DNA of 29,367 nucleotides from a virus (Duplodnaviria; Caudoviricetes), in the IMG/VR virus record IMGVR_UViG_3300011335_000408, positions 1-29,367 of that record. One strand, written 5' to 3'. The translations under genes and the position numbers were made by a program. The notes below the pieces were generated by a model, which saw only the letters and a list, made by a program, of their open reading frames with translations, was not told where the DNA came from and searched no databases. How positions within the stretch are numbered: position 1 is the stretch's first letter; each line of letters begins with the position of its first letter. Shown here one piece after another: positions 17,742 through 26,976 of the stretch.

Positions 17742-20023
17742 TGGGATTAAAATACACAGGCTCATTTGATTCAATAAGAAGTAGCAGCAGATACTTAGTA
17801 AATATCTATCAGGATAGTTATACAAGTGATCCTATTACTGTTATATTGGGTGCAACACCGGTAGTACATGAGTGGCAGGAAGATGATCCATTGGCACCAA
17901 TCAAAGGGAGTACACTTACAATAAATCTTACTACATCAGGTGGCTTATCGTTATTAGATTTTTATTCAGAAAATGACAATGAGTATAGAGTAAGATTAAT
18001 TGGGCCTGATGTTATTGGGAGCAGTGATACTGTTTTATTTGATGGTTTTATTTTACAATCTGATTGTAGTGAGGTGCAATTAGATTTTATCCATACAATC
18101 ACATTAACAGCAAGTGATAATTTAGGAACAATAAAAGATATCAATTTAGATAGAGCGGCTTTCTTATTTGGTGATGAAACAACATTAACAGATGTAGGAT
18201 GTGTATTTGTTCCAGCAGGGCCATACATTGTAATAAATGTAGTAACGTGGAATGTGCAACCTGGTCAAACATTTACAATAGATGGAACACCATTTACAAT
18301 GGTTGCTAATTTAGGTGAGATAGATTTGGTGTATACTGGTTGGTGTATTCAAATAGTTGAAGCAATACCAGCATTGGTTATAGGTACATTTGACATAACG
18401 TATAGACAAGTAGTATCATTAGACGGTTACATTCCATTGATAACATTTATTAAGTTGTGCTTGCGTGCTACTTACGTTGATAATTTAAAGCTTAATTTAA
18501 TTAATCATATTGCTCCAGCTGATGGAGTTATTTTCTTAGATACTGGTGAGACTAGAATACTTGAAGATGTTACTTTATTAGGAAATACATTTTTGAAAGG
18601 TAATGAGTACTTAAGTTGCTATGATGTATTAGAGATAATTATGAAGAGGTTTAACATGTCATGTTTTCAGTCTCTTAATGCATGGTGGATTGTGCGTTAT
18701 CCTGATTTATTTTTGGATTATGAGGAAGGCGAAACATTGGTGGATTATTATACTTATAGTGCTTTTACATTTGATTATTATGACAAGTTTACTATCAATA
18801 AATCATTTGTAATTGATTCAAATAATAAAGTAGAAACAGGATTGCTTAAATCTATCATTAGACCATATAGGAGGACATTAGAGACCTTTAATTATGTTCA
18901 GCCGGAGAATTTATTATGCAATAGTCAATTTACTGATTTAGGGCCTTTAATACAAGTTAGAACACTTGGGAGTTATACTTTTAAAGAGTATCAATTGCCA
19001 TGTTGGTATGATTATGATGCTCATCCGACTCCAACACCTCAAAGATTTATAAGAATTACTTACGATTCATTTAATAATGAGGTTGATAGATATGTTGTAG
19101 TAACTGGTATTACTTGGGATGCGCCAAGATCAGTACAATCTGCAAATATTGAGTTAAATGAAAATGATATTTTTGATTATTCATTTCAATTTAGCACTGA
19201 TGTAAGTCAACCTGGACCAAATAGTATACAATTTGCAATTAGATTAACAGATGGAATAACTACTAAATTTTTACAAGATGATGGTACTTGGGATTCATCC
19301 CCTGGTTATACATTTTATATACCATCAGGACAAAATACTAATCAATGGCAAAATGTTGATATAAAAAATGCTAAAATACCTTTTGGTGGTATTTTAAATA
19401 TTTTTTTAGCTGAGGCAACATCTTCATCATCAGATGAAACAAGATATAAAAATTTAGTATTTACTTTAAAATTTGTTATAGCTGGGCAAGGTCAAGTAAG
19501 TGGTCATAGCCATACAGTAAGCCAATCTAAAAAGCTTAATAACATTAATGATGTTGAAATATTTATAGATAATAGTGAGCGTTCATCAATATCAGGTACA
19601 TTATTTTTAACATCACAAACAGGCATACTACAAAATAAATGTACTACATGGCAGTTTGGATATGGCTATAATACAGGTATACCTACTGCAACCTATCAAA
19701 ATCTTGGGCAGTTGGTAACACAGACTTACATGTTCCAGCGTTACATTCCTAGAACGAAGTTTAACGGCAATTTATTGAATATAAGAAATGCAAATGGAGT
19801 ACTAAGCAATCTAGCAATATTTAGCAATGAGTTTGCTGGAGCATCATTACATAATAAAATGTTATTTGGTAGTGTAGCAATAGACTATAAAAATGATTCA
19901 GCTGAGTTTACAATGTGGGAAGTTTTTAATAAAACCGTAGTTGATGCTGATAACTTTGCTGATTTTGAAGCTTATTTATTCAATATTTTGTATGAATTTA
20001 ATTATCTTTATGAAAACAACTAA
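17741..20023 (+). CDS. Tail tip/baseplate hub-like structural protein
   Basis: 760 aa, beta-rich, acidic, coupled to the tape measure gene. ITLTASDNLGTIK and WWIVR patterns recalled from Bacteroidota siphovirus tail proteins. Confidence 0.7.
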   Translation: MGLKYTGSFDSIRSSSRYLVNIYQDSYTSDPITVILGATPVVHEWQEDDPLAPIKGSTLTINLTTSGGLSLLDFYSENDNEYRVRLIGPDVIGSSDTVLFDGFILQSDCSEVQLDFIHTITLTASDNLGTIKDINLDRAAFLFGDETTLTDVGCVFVPAGPYIVINVVTWNVQPGQTFTIDGTPFTMVANLGEIDLVYTGWCIQIVEAIPALVIGTFDITYRQVVSLDGYIPLITFIKLCLRATYVDNLKLNLINHIAPADGVIFLDTGETRILEDVTLLGNTFLKGNEYLSCYDVLEIIMKRFNMSCFQSLNAWWIVRYPDLFLDYEEGETLVDYYTYSAFTFDYYDKFTINKSFVIDSNNKVETGLLKSIIRPYRRTLETFNYVQPENLLCNSQFTDLGPLIQVRTLGSYTFKEYQLPCWYDYDAHPTPTPQRFIRITYDSFNNEVDRYVVVTGITWDAPRSVQSANIELNENDIFDYSFQFSTDVSQPGPNSIQFAIRLTDGITTKFLQDDGTWDSSPGYTFYIPSGQNTNQWQNVDIKNAKIPFGGILNIFLAEATSSSSDETRYKNLVFTLKFVIAGQGQVSGHSHTVSQSKKLNNINDVEIFIDNSERSSISGTLFLTSQTGILQNKCTTWQFGYGYNTGIPTATYQNLGQLVTQTYMFQRYIPRTKFNGNLLNIRNANGVLSNLAIFSNEFAGASLHNKMLFGSVAIDYKNDSAEFTMWEVFNKTVVDADNFADFEAYLFNILYEFNYLYENN

Positions 20024-20026
20024 GCA

Positions 20027-20845
20027 ATGGGACTAGTAAGAGGTGAAGATGTGATACTTAGCGTTCTACAAAACCAAGATTATGTAGGTGATGTCTATGT
20101 GCCTATTGGTTGTGCTAGATCAGTAACCTTTGACATGTCCACTGATTTTATTGAAACATCAGTTACTGAATCAGGAGTGTTTAAAACATTCTTACCATCA
20201 GGCAAGCAATTTAGTGGAAGTATTGAGGGATTAGTATTTTTGGATAAGCCTGAAACTGGTGAAACAAGAGCAACAACAACTTTAGATTTAACTGATATAG
20301 CTGATAGTGGAGAATTTCCTACTGATGGTAATTTATTTTGTTTAATAAGAGCTTTTGAGATTACTAGTTGGGTAAATTTATTTGTTACTTCAACTGGTAC
20401 ATTTGCAAATTTTGCAGCTTTTTTAACTTATATGAATGATGGTATAAATGCTGGTGGTAGTGGTTATCAATCTGTAATAAGTGGTAATAGTTTAATTATA
20501 ACTGCGAGACCAGGATTAGGTGCATCAATTAATGGATGGAATTCTCAATGTTCATACGAATTTAGTCCTGCACCTGGAGTAAATATTGATTCAACATTTT
20601 CAGGTGGTGTTAATGGTTACTTTCCATCAAAAATCAGTATGGGATTTATGTATTATAAATTAATGCTTGGAGAGTTGATTCAAATAAGATATTACGAGGT
20701 TGATGATGATAATCATTATTTAAAAAAGGATTGTAGCGTGTATATTGAATCAATAAATGAGACTGCATCATTTGACAACATAGTAACATTTTCAGCAACA
20801 TTTAAAGGCACTGGAGTACCAGGAATAACTTATGGCGAAATATAA
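20027..20845 (+). CDS. Second tail-tube-like protein with an inserted domain
   Basis: VRGEDVIL...GCARSVTF....FIETS...FSGSIEGLV at the N-end and YIESINETASFDNIVTFSATFKGTG at the C-end flank about 125 extra residues. Confidence 0.7.
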   Translation: MGLVRGEDVILSVLQNQDYVGDVYVPIGCARSVTFDMSTDFIETSVTESGVFKTFLPSGKQFSGSIEGLVFLDKPETGETRATTTLDLTDIADSGEFPTDGNLFCLIRAFEITSWVNLFVTSTGTFANFAAFLTYMNDGINAGGSGYQSVISGNSLIITARPGLGASINGWNSQCSYEFSPAPGVNIDSTFSGGVNGYFPSKISMGFMYYKLMLGELIQIRYYEVDDDNHYLKKDCSVYIESINETASFDNIVTFSATFKGTGVPGITYGEI

Positions 20846-23213
20846 ATACATACTAACGGTAATCTTTATACTATGTACACTTATTACCTATGCTCAACCA
20901 GCACAGTATACACCTATGACTGCTTCCGGATATCAAATGAAGCGTTTGAAAGTGGATTCAACATTACACTTACCGAGTTTTTGTGGTGTTCCAACTCTAC
21001 GTGGTAGTACGGTTAAAGATGGAGCATTGGCAATAGATACGTGTGGAGGTTATCTTTATATGTGGACTAATCAACTTGGTTGGGACACGATTAATGTAAC
21101 CACAACTGGTGGAGGTGGTAATCAGGATTTGCAAAGTGTTTTGAATAATGGCAATACATCTTACAATAGAGACATTAATTTACTTGGTAGAACATCAGGC
21201 AATCAAATTTATATATCACCATTAGACAACAATTGGATGCCTTTTATGGCTCTTGGTGATTCCATTGGTGGTGGACTTTATCAGTATACTTATCCACAGG
21301 CTACCATTGAGTTTATAAATAAAAACATGCCTCAAAAGTTAAAAGGTCAAGATAGCACTAGAGCCATTATTTATTTACCTACACAAACAATAGACGCAAC
21401 AGATACATTGGCTAAGCTTAGTGATGTAAGGGATGTTAATGGTGATTTTTGGAAAACAACTGGGACAACAACAACAACAGGAAATGTTACTATAATCAAT
21501 TCAAATGGTATTATATCTTTTGCTGGTGGAGAAGAAGATATAGCAACATTTTCAGTTACATCAAATGATATTAATCTTGGACCAGTGAGTGGTAATTTAA
21601 CATTTAGTAATATACAATCATTAACAGACACATCAACTTATAAACCTTTGATGATTAGTAGTGGTGGTATAGTAAAACAATCAACATCTTGGGTAAGTGG
21701 TGGTTCAACAATAGACACAACAAACCAATTTGTAAAACGATTAACACGAACACCAGGCAAAGATTCAATCATTTATTTTATTGGTGGTACAAGATATGCT
21801 ATTAAAGATAGTGTGGGGGGAAGTGGTACTGTTACTTCTGTAGGATTAACTATGCCATCAGCATTTACGGTTTCAAATAGTCCTGTTACGGGAAGTGGAA
21901 CAATAGGTGTTACAGGGTCTGGTACAGTATCTCAATATGTAAGAGGTAATGGTACATTGGCTGATTTCCCAACATCAACAGGTGGGGGAGCTTCGGTTTC
22001 TTACTATTTAAATGGTAGTGTGTCTCAAGGAACAATAGGAGGAAATGCTTATAAACAAATTAATGCTGTACCTGTTATTGGTGCAGGTACAGATTTTACA
22101 ATAAATGCAAATGGATATATTGCGCAATTTATTACAGATGTAGCAGATCCAAATAAATTATCAATACCTGCTGGAAATTGGAATTTTGAAACTTATTTTA
22201 GTGCATCATCAGGAGGTGGCAGTCCATCATTTTACATTGAGTTATATAAATACGATGGTACAACATTTACATTAATTGCATCTAATTCGGCAACTCCTGA
22301 AAATATTACAGGTGGAACAAATATTGATTTATATTTCACAGCATTAGCAGTTCCCTCTACAACATTACTTGCAACAGATAGACTAGCAGTAAGATTTTTT
22401 GTTACTCATAGTGGTAGAACAATAACAATGCACACAGAAGATAATCATCTGTCGCAAATTATTACTACTTTTTCTACAGGATTAACAGCGTTAAATGGCT
22501 TAACAGCACAAGTGCAAAACTTTTCTACAGGCACAAGTGGTACTGATTTTGCAATATCATCAGCAAGTTCTACACATACATTTAATCTACCTACTGCATC
22601 AGCTACAAATAGAGGGGCATTATCTACCTCAGATTGGAGTACTTTTAATGGTAAATTAGGAGCATCTGATACAGTTTCTTTGTCCAACAGAATCAACCTT
22701 AAGCTAAATATAGTAGACACATCAGCATTACAGCGCAAATCTATTCCAGCTTATACTATTTTAGCTAATAAAACACCTGCAACGGCAAACGCAACGGCTC
22801 AAACATTTAGAGATACATCAGGAGTGTATGACGGCTCAATAACTTGGACTGCTACAACAGCACCATCAGGGGCAACCAATCATTCTTATAGATTAACACA
22901 AATAGGAAAATTTGTTACTTTAAATATTTCTTTAGTTTACGCAACAAATGGTAATTCAACATCTGCAATACTATTAACATTACCAAGTAATGCACCAACA
23001 CCAGCACAACCAACAGGATTAACAGGCGCAAATCAATACATTTATGTATTAAATTGTCAATTGGCTACCAGTGCTAATTTAATGGCTTCAACTGCTCAAA
23101 CAAGAGGAATGATGAGGAATAATTCAGCAAATAATGGAGTTGAATTGTTTGCAAGTTGGGTTGGATCAAGTATAGCACAAGTAAATCTTACTATTCAATA
23201 TTGGACTAATTAA
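20832..23213 (+). CDS. Tail fibre/receptor-binding-like protein with N-terminal signal peptide
   Basis: Gly/Ser/Thr-rich with QDLQSVLNNGN, GSGTVTSVGL and NLPTASATNRGALSTSDWSTFN fibre motifs. N-terminus MAKYKYILTVIFILCTLITYA|Q. Confidence 0.7.
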   Translation: MAKYKYILTVIFILCTLITYAQPAQYTPMTASGYQMKRLKVDSTLHLPSFCGVPTLRGSTVKDGALAIDTCGGYLYMWTNQLGWDTINVTTTGGGGNQDLQSVLNNGNTSYNRDINLLGRTSGNQIYISPLDNNWMPFMALGDSIGGGLYQYTYPQATIEFINKNMPQKLKGQDSTRAIIYLPTQTIDATDTLAKLSDVRDVNGDFWKTTGTTTTTGNVTIINSNGIISFAGGEEDIATFSVTSNDINLGPVSGNLTFSNIQSLTDTSTYKPLMISSGGIVKQSTSWVSGGSTIDTTNQFVKRLTRTPGKDSIIYFIGGTRYAIKDSVGGSGTVTSVGLTMPSAFTVSNSPVTGSGTIGVTGSGTVSQYVRGNGTLADFPTSTGGGASVSYYLNGSVSQGTIGGNAYKQINAVPVIGAGTDFTINANGYIAQFITDVADPNKLSIPAGNWNFETYFSASSGGGSPSFYIELYKYDGTTFTLIASNSATPENITGGTNIDLYFTALAVPSTTLLATDRLAVRFFVTHSGRTITMHTEDNHLSQIITTFSTGLTALNGLTAQVQNFSTGTSGTDFAISSASSTHTFNLPTASATNRGALSTSDWSTFNGKLGASDTVSLSNRINLKLNIVDTSALQRKSIPAYTILANKTPATANATAQTFRDTSGVYDGSITWTATTAPSGATNHSYRLTQIGKFVTLNISLVYATNGNSTSAILLTLPSNAPTPAQPTGLTGANQYIYVLNCQLATSANLMASTAQTRGMMRNNSANNGVELFASWVGSSIAQVNLTIQYWTN

Positions 23214-23215
23214 CT

Positions 23216-23410
23216 ATGAAACACATAAGACAAAAATTAATTTTATCGGGGAGGGGAATAGAGTTGGCTTATACCGTTGTAAATACAACAGGGTGGACAT
23301 TGCCTTTAGAGCAACACCCATCCATTGTAGAACACCCTGAATCATTTGAAATAAGTTATGATGATATTCCTGAGGATGCACAATATTTAAACTATACAAG
23401 CAATGGATAA
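23216..23410 (+). CDS. Small hypothetical protein after the fibre (possible fibre chaperone)
   Basis: ATG 2 nt after the fibre stop. Acidic C-terminus. Function inferred from position only. Confidence 0.6.
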   Translation: MKHIRQKLILSGRGIELAYTVVNTTGWTLPLEQHPSIVEHPESFEISYDDIPEDAQYLNYTSNG

Positions 23411-23615
23411 CGCACAATTGACAAATATATTAATGATGGCTATTTTTAGCTTAGTAGCTTTTGTAAGCAATATTTTCATAAAGAAAATGGATAGATTTGA
23501 AAAGAAAATTGAGCAGATATTACTATCTGATGTAGCCATTAACAAAGATATTGATGTTATGAAAACAGACATTGAAAATCACGAAACTAGAATTACAAAT
23601 TTAGAAACCAAATAA
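23403..23615 (+). CDS. Single-TM plus coiled-coil lysis-region protein (holin/antiholin-like)
   Basis: Hydrophobic residues about 8-27 followed by heptad pattern ending HETRITNLE. Confidence 0.65.
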   Translation: MDNAQLTNILMMAIFSLVAFVSNIFIKKMDRFEKKIEQILLSDVAINKDIDVMKTDIENHETRITNLETK

Positions 23616-23623
23616 ATATAATT

Positions 23624-23851
23624 ATGCAAAGTACATTTTTAACACTTAATAATAATGACTTTTTAAAAGGTCTTATTATGGCTGTATTGTCAACCGTTAT
23701 TACTATTGTTTATCAAACCGTTGAAGCTGGGAGCTTAATGTTTGACTGGAAGGCTATTGGCACAATGGCTCTTACATCAGCATTGGCTTACATAATGAAA
23801 AATTTGTTTACCAATTCAACCGGTAAATTGTTTGCAAAAGAGCAAAAGTGA
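23624..23851 (+). CDS. Holin
   Basis: 75 aa, two hydrophobic helices separated by FDWK, basic C-terminus. Confidence 0.75.
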   Translation: MQSTFLTLNNNDFLKGLIMAVLSTVITIVYQTVEAGSLMFDWKAIGTMALTSALAYIMKNLFTNSTGKLFAKEQK

Positions 23852-24833
23852 TATTTGCCGGGAGTACAGGAGTAAATTCCCTGATATGCCAACAAAAAAG
23901 TTGGCTAGGATTATCTATGCAGATAATAATTTGACTTTTATAAATCTTGAAAGTCCTTACTCTTTGCTAAGATATATTGAAGGTAAAAGTGGTGCTAAAC
24001 AAAGAAAAAAAGTACAAAATACTAAATTCTATATGGCAGAAAGTCGAAGTTACAACCCTTACAAATTACCTGAATCTTATGAAGAAAAAAGAGATCCTTT
24101 TATACTTCCTACTAGCTGTAATAATATTCTGCTTATTTCAGATTTACACATCCCTTACCATAATATTGAGGCAGTTACTATTGCCTTAGATTATGGCAAA
24201 AAAGAAAAGGTAAATACTATCTTCATAAATGGTGATTTAATTGACAATCATCAAATAAGTAAGTTTGAATCAGATCCTAAGAAAAGAAGTGTTAAACAGG
24301 AATTTGATGCTACAAGAGAGTTTTTAGTTCAATTAAGAAAAGCATTTCCAAAGGCATTAATTTATTGGCTTAAAGGTAACCATTGCATCCGGTGGGAAAA
24401 ATTTTTATATTCAAAAGTGCGCGAGATATGGAATGATGACTATTTTTTCTTAGAGGAGCGTTTACAACTAAATAGCGTCAAAGTAAAAATCTTAGATGAT
24501 AAAGTTTTGGTAAAAGCTGGCAAATTATCTATTACTCATGGCCATCACATCTTCAAAGGAGCATTCACACCAGTTAATCCTTCTCGTGGGGCATTTTTAA
24601 GGGCTAAGCAGTCATTAATTGTTGGACACCTACATAGACCAAGCCATCATCCTGAAACTGATTTGGACGGCAAAATAATAAGTTGCTGGAGTACAGGGTG
24701 CCTATGTGAGCTTAGAGCAGATTACTCACCATTGGTTGGTAATACGATGCATGGGTTTGCTCACATACAAATAGCTAAAGATGGAGATTACACCGTAAAA
24801 AATTATTCAATCATAAAAGGTAAGTTATGCTAG
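23832..24833 (+). CDS. Calcineurin-like metallophosphoesterase
   Basis: SDLH, NGDLID, GNH, HGH and GHLH motifs. TTG start is uncertain. Confidence 0.9.
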   Translation: MQKSKSDICREYRSKFPDMPTKKLARIIYADNNLTFINLESPYSLLRYIEGKSGAKQRKKVQNTKFYMAESRSYNPYKLPESYEEKRDPFILPTSCNNILLISDLHIPYHNIEAVTIALDYGKKEKVNTIFINGDLIDNHQISKFESDPKKRSVKQEFDATREFLVQLRKAFPKALIYWLKGNHCIRWEKFLYSKVREIWNDDYFFLEERLQLNSVKVKILDDKVLVKAGKLSITHGHHIFKGAFTPVNPSRGAFLRAKQSLIVGHLHRPSHHPETDLDGKIISCWSTGCLCELRADYSPLVGNTMHGFAHIQIAKDGDYTVKNYSIIKGKLC

Positions 24834-25075
24834 ATGAAAAAGTAATTTTGGAAGATGAATTAAGCTATGAAATTGAGGATAAAAACAGCGAGTATATTGC
24901 AGCTGCATACAACTCATTAGGGGCCATAGATTTATTAGATACTGGCTTAATGAACGCAGCAGATAAAGAGATAATAAAAAACATACAATACCAAGCCATA
25001 AATATAATTAGTGAATCTTTAAATAATATTTTCAATGAGATATTTGATACCAGTATTGATGATGCTGATATGTAG
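24827..25075 (+). CDS. Acidic hypothetical protein (82 aa)
   Basis: Overlaps both neighbours. Very D/E-rich. Confidence 0.65.
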   Translation: MLDEKVILEDELSYEIEDKNSEYIAAAYNSLGAIDLLDTGLMNAADKEIIKNIQYQAINIISESLNNIFNEIFDTSIDDADM

Positions 25076-25544
25076 TTGTAATCCTACACAAAGGGCTATA
25101 AATAAGGTTAATGCAGTAAATAAAAGACATCCGGAAGTATTGGCTAACTTTTGTAAAGATACGTTCCCATGTGTTACATTCAAAATTGATACAGTTACAA
25201 ATGTAGAGTATGATTTTGTAGAAGTACAATGTCCTGGATATGATTATGACAATGCATTGGTTGATACAGTATGGCTTACATTTAGCAAAACACAATTAAT
25301 TGAGGGGCCAACAGTTATAGCTAGGCAGTATAAAACCAATACAATAACTAAGGTTGTAAGAGATAGCGCATCTATCAGATCATATGAGCTTGAGATTATA
25401 TCTTGTAACAATAAATGCAACGATTTAATACAACAAAATAATAAGCTTCAAAATAAAGTAACTGCAAAAAATCGTTGGATAATGTGGCTTATAATAGCAC
25501 TTTTACTAAGCATAATGTGTAACATAATACAACTAAAAAAATGA
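25035..25544 (+). CDS. Probable unimolecular spanin (lipoprotein with C-terminal TM)
   Basis: Lipoprotein signal MRYLIPVLMMLICS-C15, coiled coil and C-terminal TM WIMWLIIALLLSIMCNII. Abuts the endolysin. Confidence 0.7.
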   Translation: MRYLIPVLMMLICSCNPTQRAINKVNAVNKRHPEVLANFCKDTFPCVTFKIDTVTNVEYDFVEVQCPGYDYDNALVDTVWLTFSKTQLIEGPTVIARQYKTNTITKVVRDSASIRSYELEIISCNNKCNDLIQQNNKLQNKVTAKNRWIMWLIIALLLSIMCNIIQLKK

Positions 25545-25989
25545 TAGCATCAAAAAATTGCATAAACTTAATTAAGTTATTTGAGGGGTATAAGCTAAGG
25601 CTTACTTATGCCCGGCATCAGTAGTAACCATAGGATGGGGCAGTACCATGTACACTGATGGTAGAAAAATAAAAATGGGTGATACCATTAATGAGCAACA
25701 AGCTGAGCAGATGCTTATGTGGGAATTGAAAAATAAATCTGTTGCTTTGCATGGCCTTAATCTTAATCAAAATCAATTTGATTCATTATTATCTTTTGTT
25801 TACAATCTTGGTATTGGAGCATTTGCTAAATCAACACTAAGAAAAAAGATTTTAACCAATCCTAATGATCCTACAATAAAAGATGAGTTCATGCGTTGGA
25901 ACAAAGCAAGAGTAGGTGGGGAATTGATGGAGCTTAAAGGTCTCACTAGGCGCAGAACATGTGAGGCTGAATTATACTTTAAATTATGA
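25541..25989 (+). CDS. GH24 (T4-like) lysozyme endolysin split by a 1-nt frameshift near 25594-25600
   Basis: Frame from 25541 gives MIASKNCINLIKLFEGYK. The -1 frame gives AKAYLCPASVVTIGWGST and continues to LNQNQFDSLLSFVYNLG...GLTRRRTCE. Joining restores the E-x8-C-x5-T triad. Confidence 0.9.
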
Positions 25990-26066
25990 TTTCGTTTTGT
26001 TAGTAAATAACGGCTTAACGTATCTACGTTTTGAGCCATCTTCTAGGGTAGATTTGTTTTTCATTC

Positions 26067-26099
26067 CCTCCGATGTTTCTACATTGGAGGTTTTTTTTT
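26067..26099 (+). terminator. Rho-independent terminator ending the late operon
   Basis: CCTCCGATG-TTTCTA-CATTGGAGG followed by T9. Confidence 0.9.
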
Positions 26100-26170
26100 A
26101 TATCTATTCTGTCAGTTTTACGCTGACAATTAAGATACAATAATAAAAATAATAAAAAATATTATTTTTA

Positions 26171-26203
26171 TTTGGTTAATTAAAATAAGTTTCTTTATAT
26201 TTG
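26171..26203 (+). promoter_or_regulatory. Bacteroidota sigma-70 type early promoter
   Basis: TTTG (26171-26174), 21-nt spacer, TATATTTG (26196-26203). AT-rich upstream. Confidence 0.75.
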
Positions 26204-26228
26204 AATCTCAAATCAAAAATCTAACAAA

Positions 26229-26315
26229 ATGAAGCAATCAACTAAAGACACAATTACCGTAACAATTATTATCATCCTCGCATTACTTGGGGATTCAATT
26301 TTTAACCAACTTTAA
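26229..26315 (+). CDS. Small membrane peptide (28 aa, MKQSTKDTITVTIIIILALLGDSIFNQL)
   Basis: Hand-translated. First ORF after the promoter, A-rich leader, single hydrophobic helix. Confidence 0.6.
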   Translation: MKQSTKDTITVTIIIILALLGDSIFNQL

Positions 26316-26320
26316 AAAAA

Positions 26321-26509
26321 ATGACAGAAACAAAAAAACGAGGGAGAAAGCCAATCGCTGAAAGCAAAAAAAAGAAGCCAGTTATTGTCTATTTATCAGA
26401 TGAGCAAATTGACAAACTTGGTGGATCATTGGCAACTAGAAATATTTTACAAGATTATTCATTATTTAAAATCAAACAGTATGAAAAAAAGATTGTTCAA
26501 CATCCATGA
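26321..26509 (+). CDS. Small DNA-binding protein (AT-hook-like plus ribbon-helix-like)
   Basis: KKRGRKP...KKKPVIVYLSDEQIDKLGG. Confidence 0.65.
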   Translation: MTETKKRGRKPIAESKKKKPVIVYLSDEQIDKLGGSLATRNILQDYSLFKIKQYEKKIVQHP

Positions 26510-26828
26510 CTTTGTACTTAGACACGATACTATTATCGTGCAAATCAGTGAAAATAATTACACTCCTAATAGCATAGTAATTCCTATACATGCTTTTATC
26601 CAGTATCTACTTAGGCATGACCGTCTATATTTTGAAACTCAAGACATCAGCACTGGTCAACTTGTAACAAAAACTTACCACTTGACATTTGATAACTACT
26701 GGGATGAAATGGAGCGTGATTACAAAGAACAAGACATTTATGACTTCATCATTTGTACTTGCGTTGATTTCACTAAGGCCATTGATAGAATAGAAATGAA
26801 TTTAAAAAAAGAACATTATATATGGTAA
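26481..26828 (+). CDS. Hypothetical protein (115 aa from ATG 26481)
   Basis: MKKRLFNIH start is preferred over TTG 26385, which would overlap the previous gene heavily. Confidence 0.7.
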   Translation: MKKRLFNIHDFVLRHDTIIVQISENNYTPNSIVIPIHAFIQYLLRHDRLYFETQDISTGQLVTKTYHLTFDNYWDEMERDYKEQDIYDFIICTCVDFTKAIDRIEMNLKKEHYIW

Positions 26829-26965
26829 AAATCTTAAAGAAAATTTATGACAAACTATTCAAATCGGCAGAAGATATTGAACACGAAAAAAAAGTTCAGT
26901 ACTTTAATAGACATAATACTAAAACAACAAAAACAAGACAGAATCTTAAAACTAAATCATCCTAA
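26822..26965 (+). CDS. Small basic hypothetical protein (47 aa)
   Basis: Hand-translated MVKILKKIYDKLFKSAEDIEHEKK.... Overlaps the previous stop and fills the gap. Confidence 0.55.
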   Translation: MVKILKKIYDKLFKSAEDIEHEKKVQYFNRHNTKTTKTRQNLKTKSS

Positions 26966-26976
26966 AATAAAACAAC

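Noticed and set aside
25648-25989. Stand-alone 113-aa endolysin as in the ORF track
   Set aside because: It would lack the whole catalytic triad, which lies upstream across the frameshift.
26385-26480. TTG-started N-terminal extension of the 26828 ORF
   Set aside because: It lies wholly inside the 26321 gene. ATG 26481 is more plausible.
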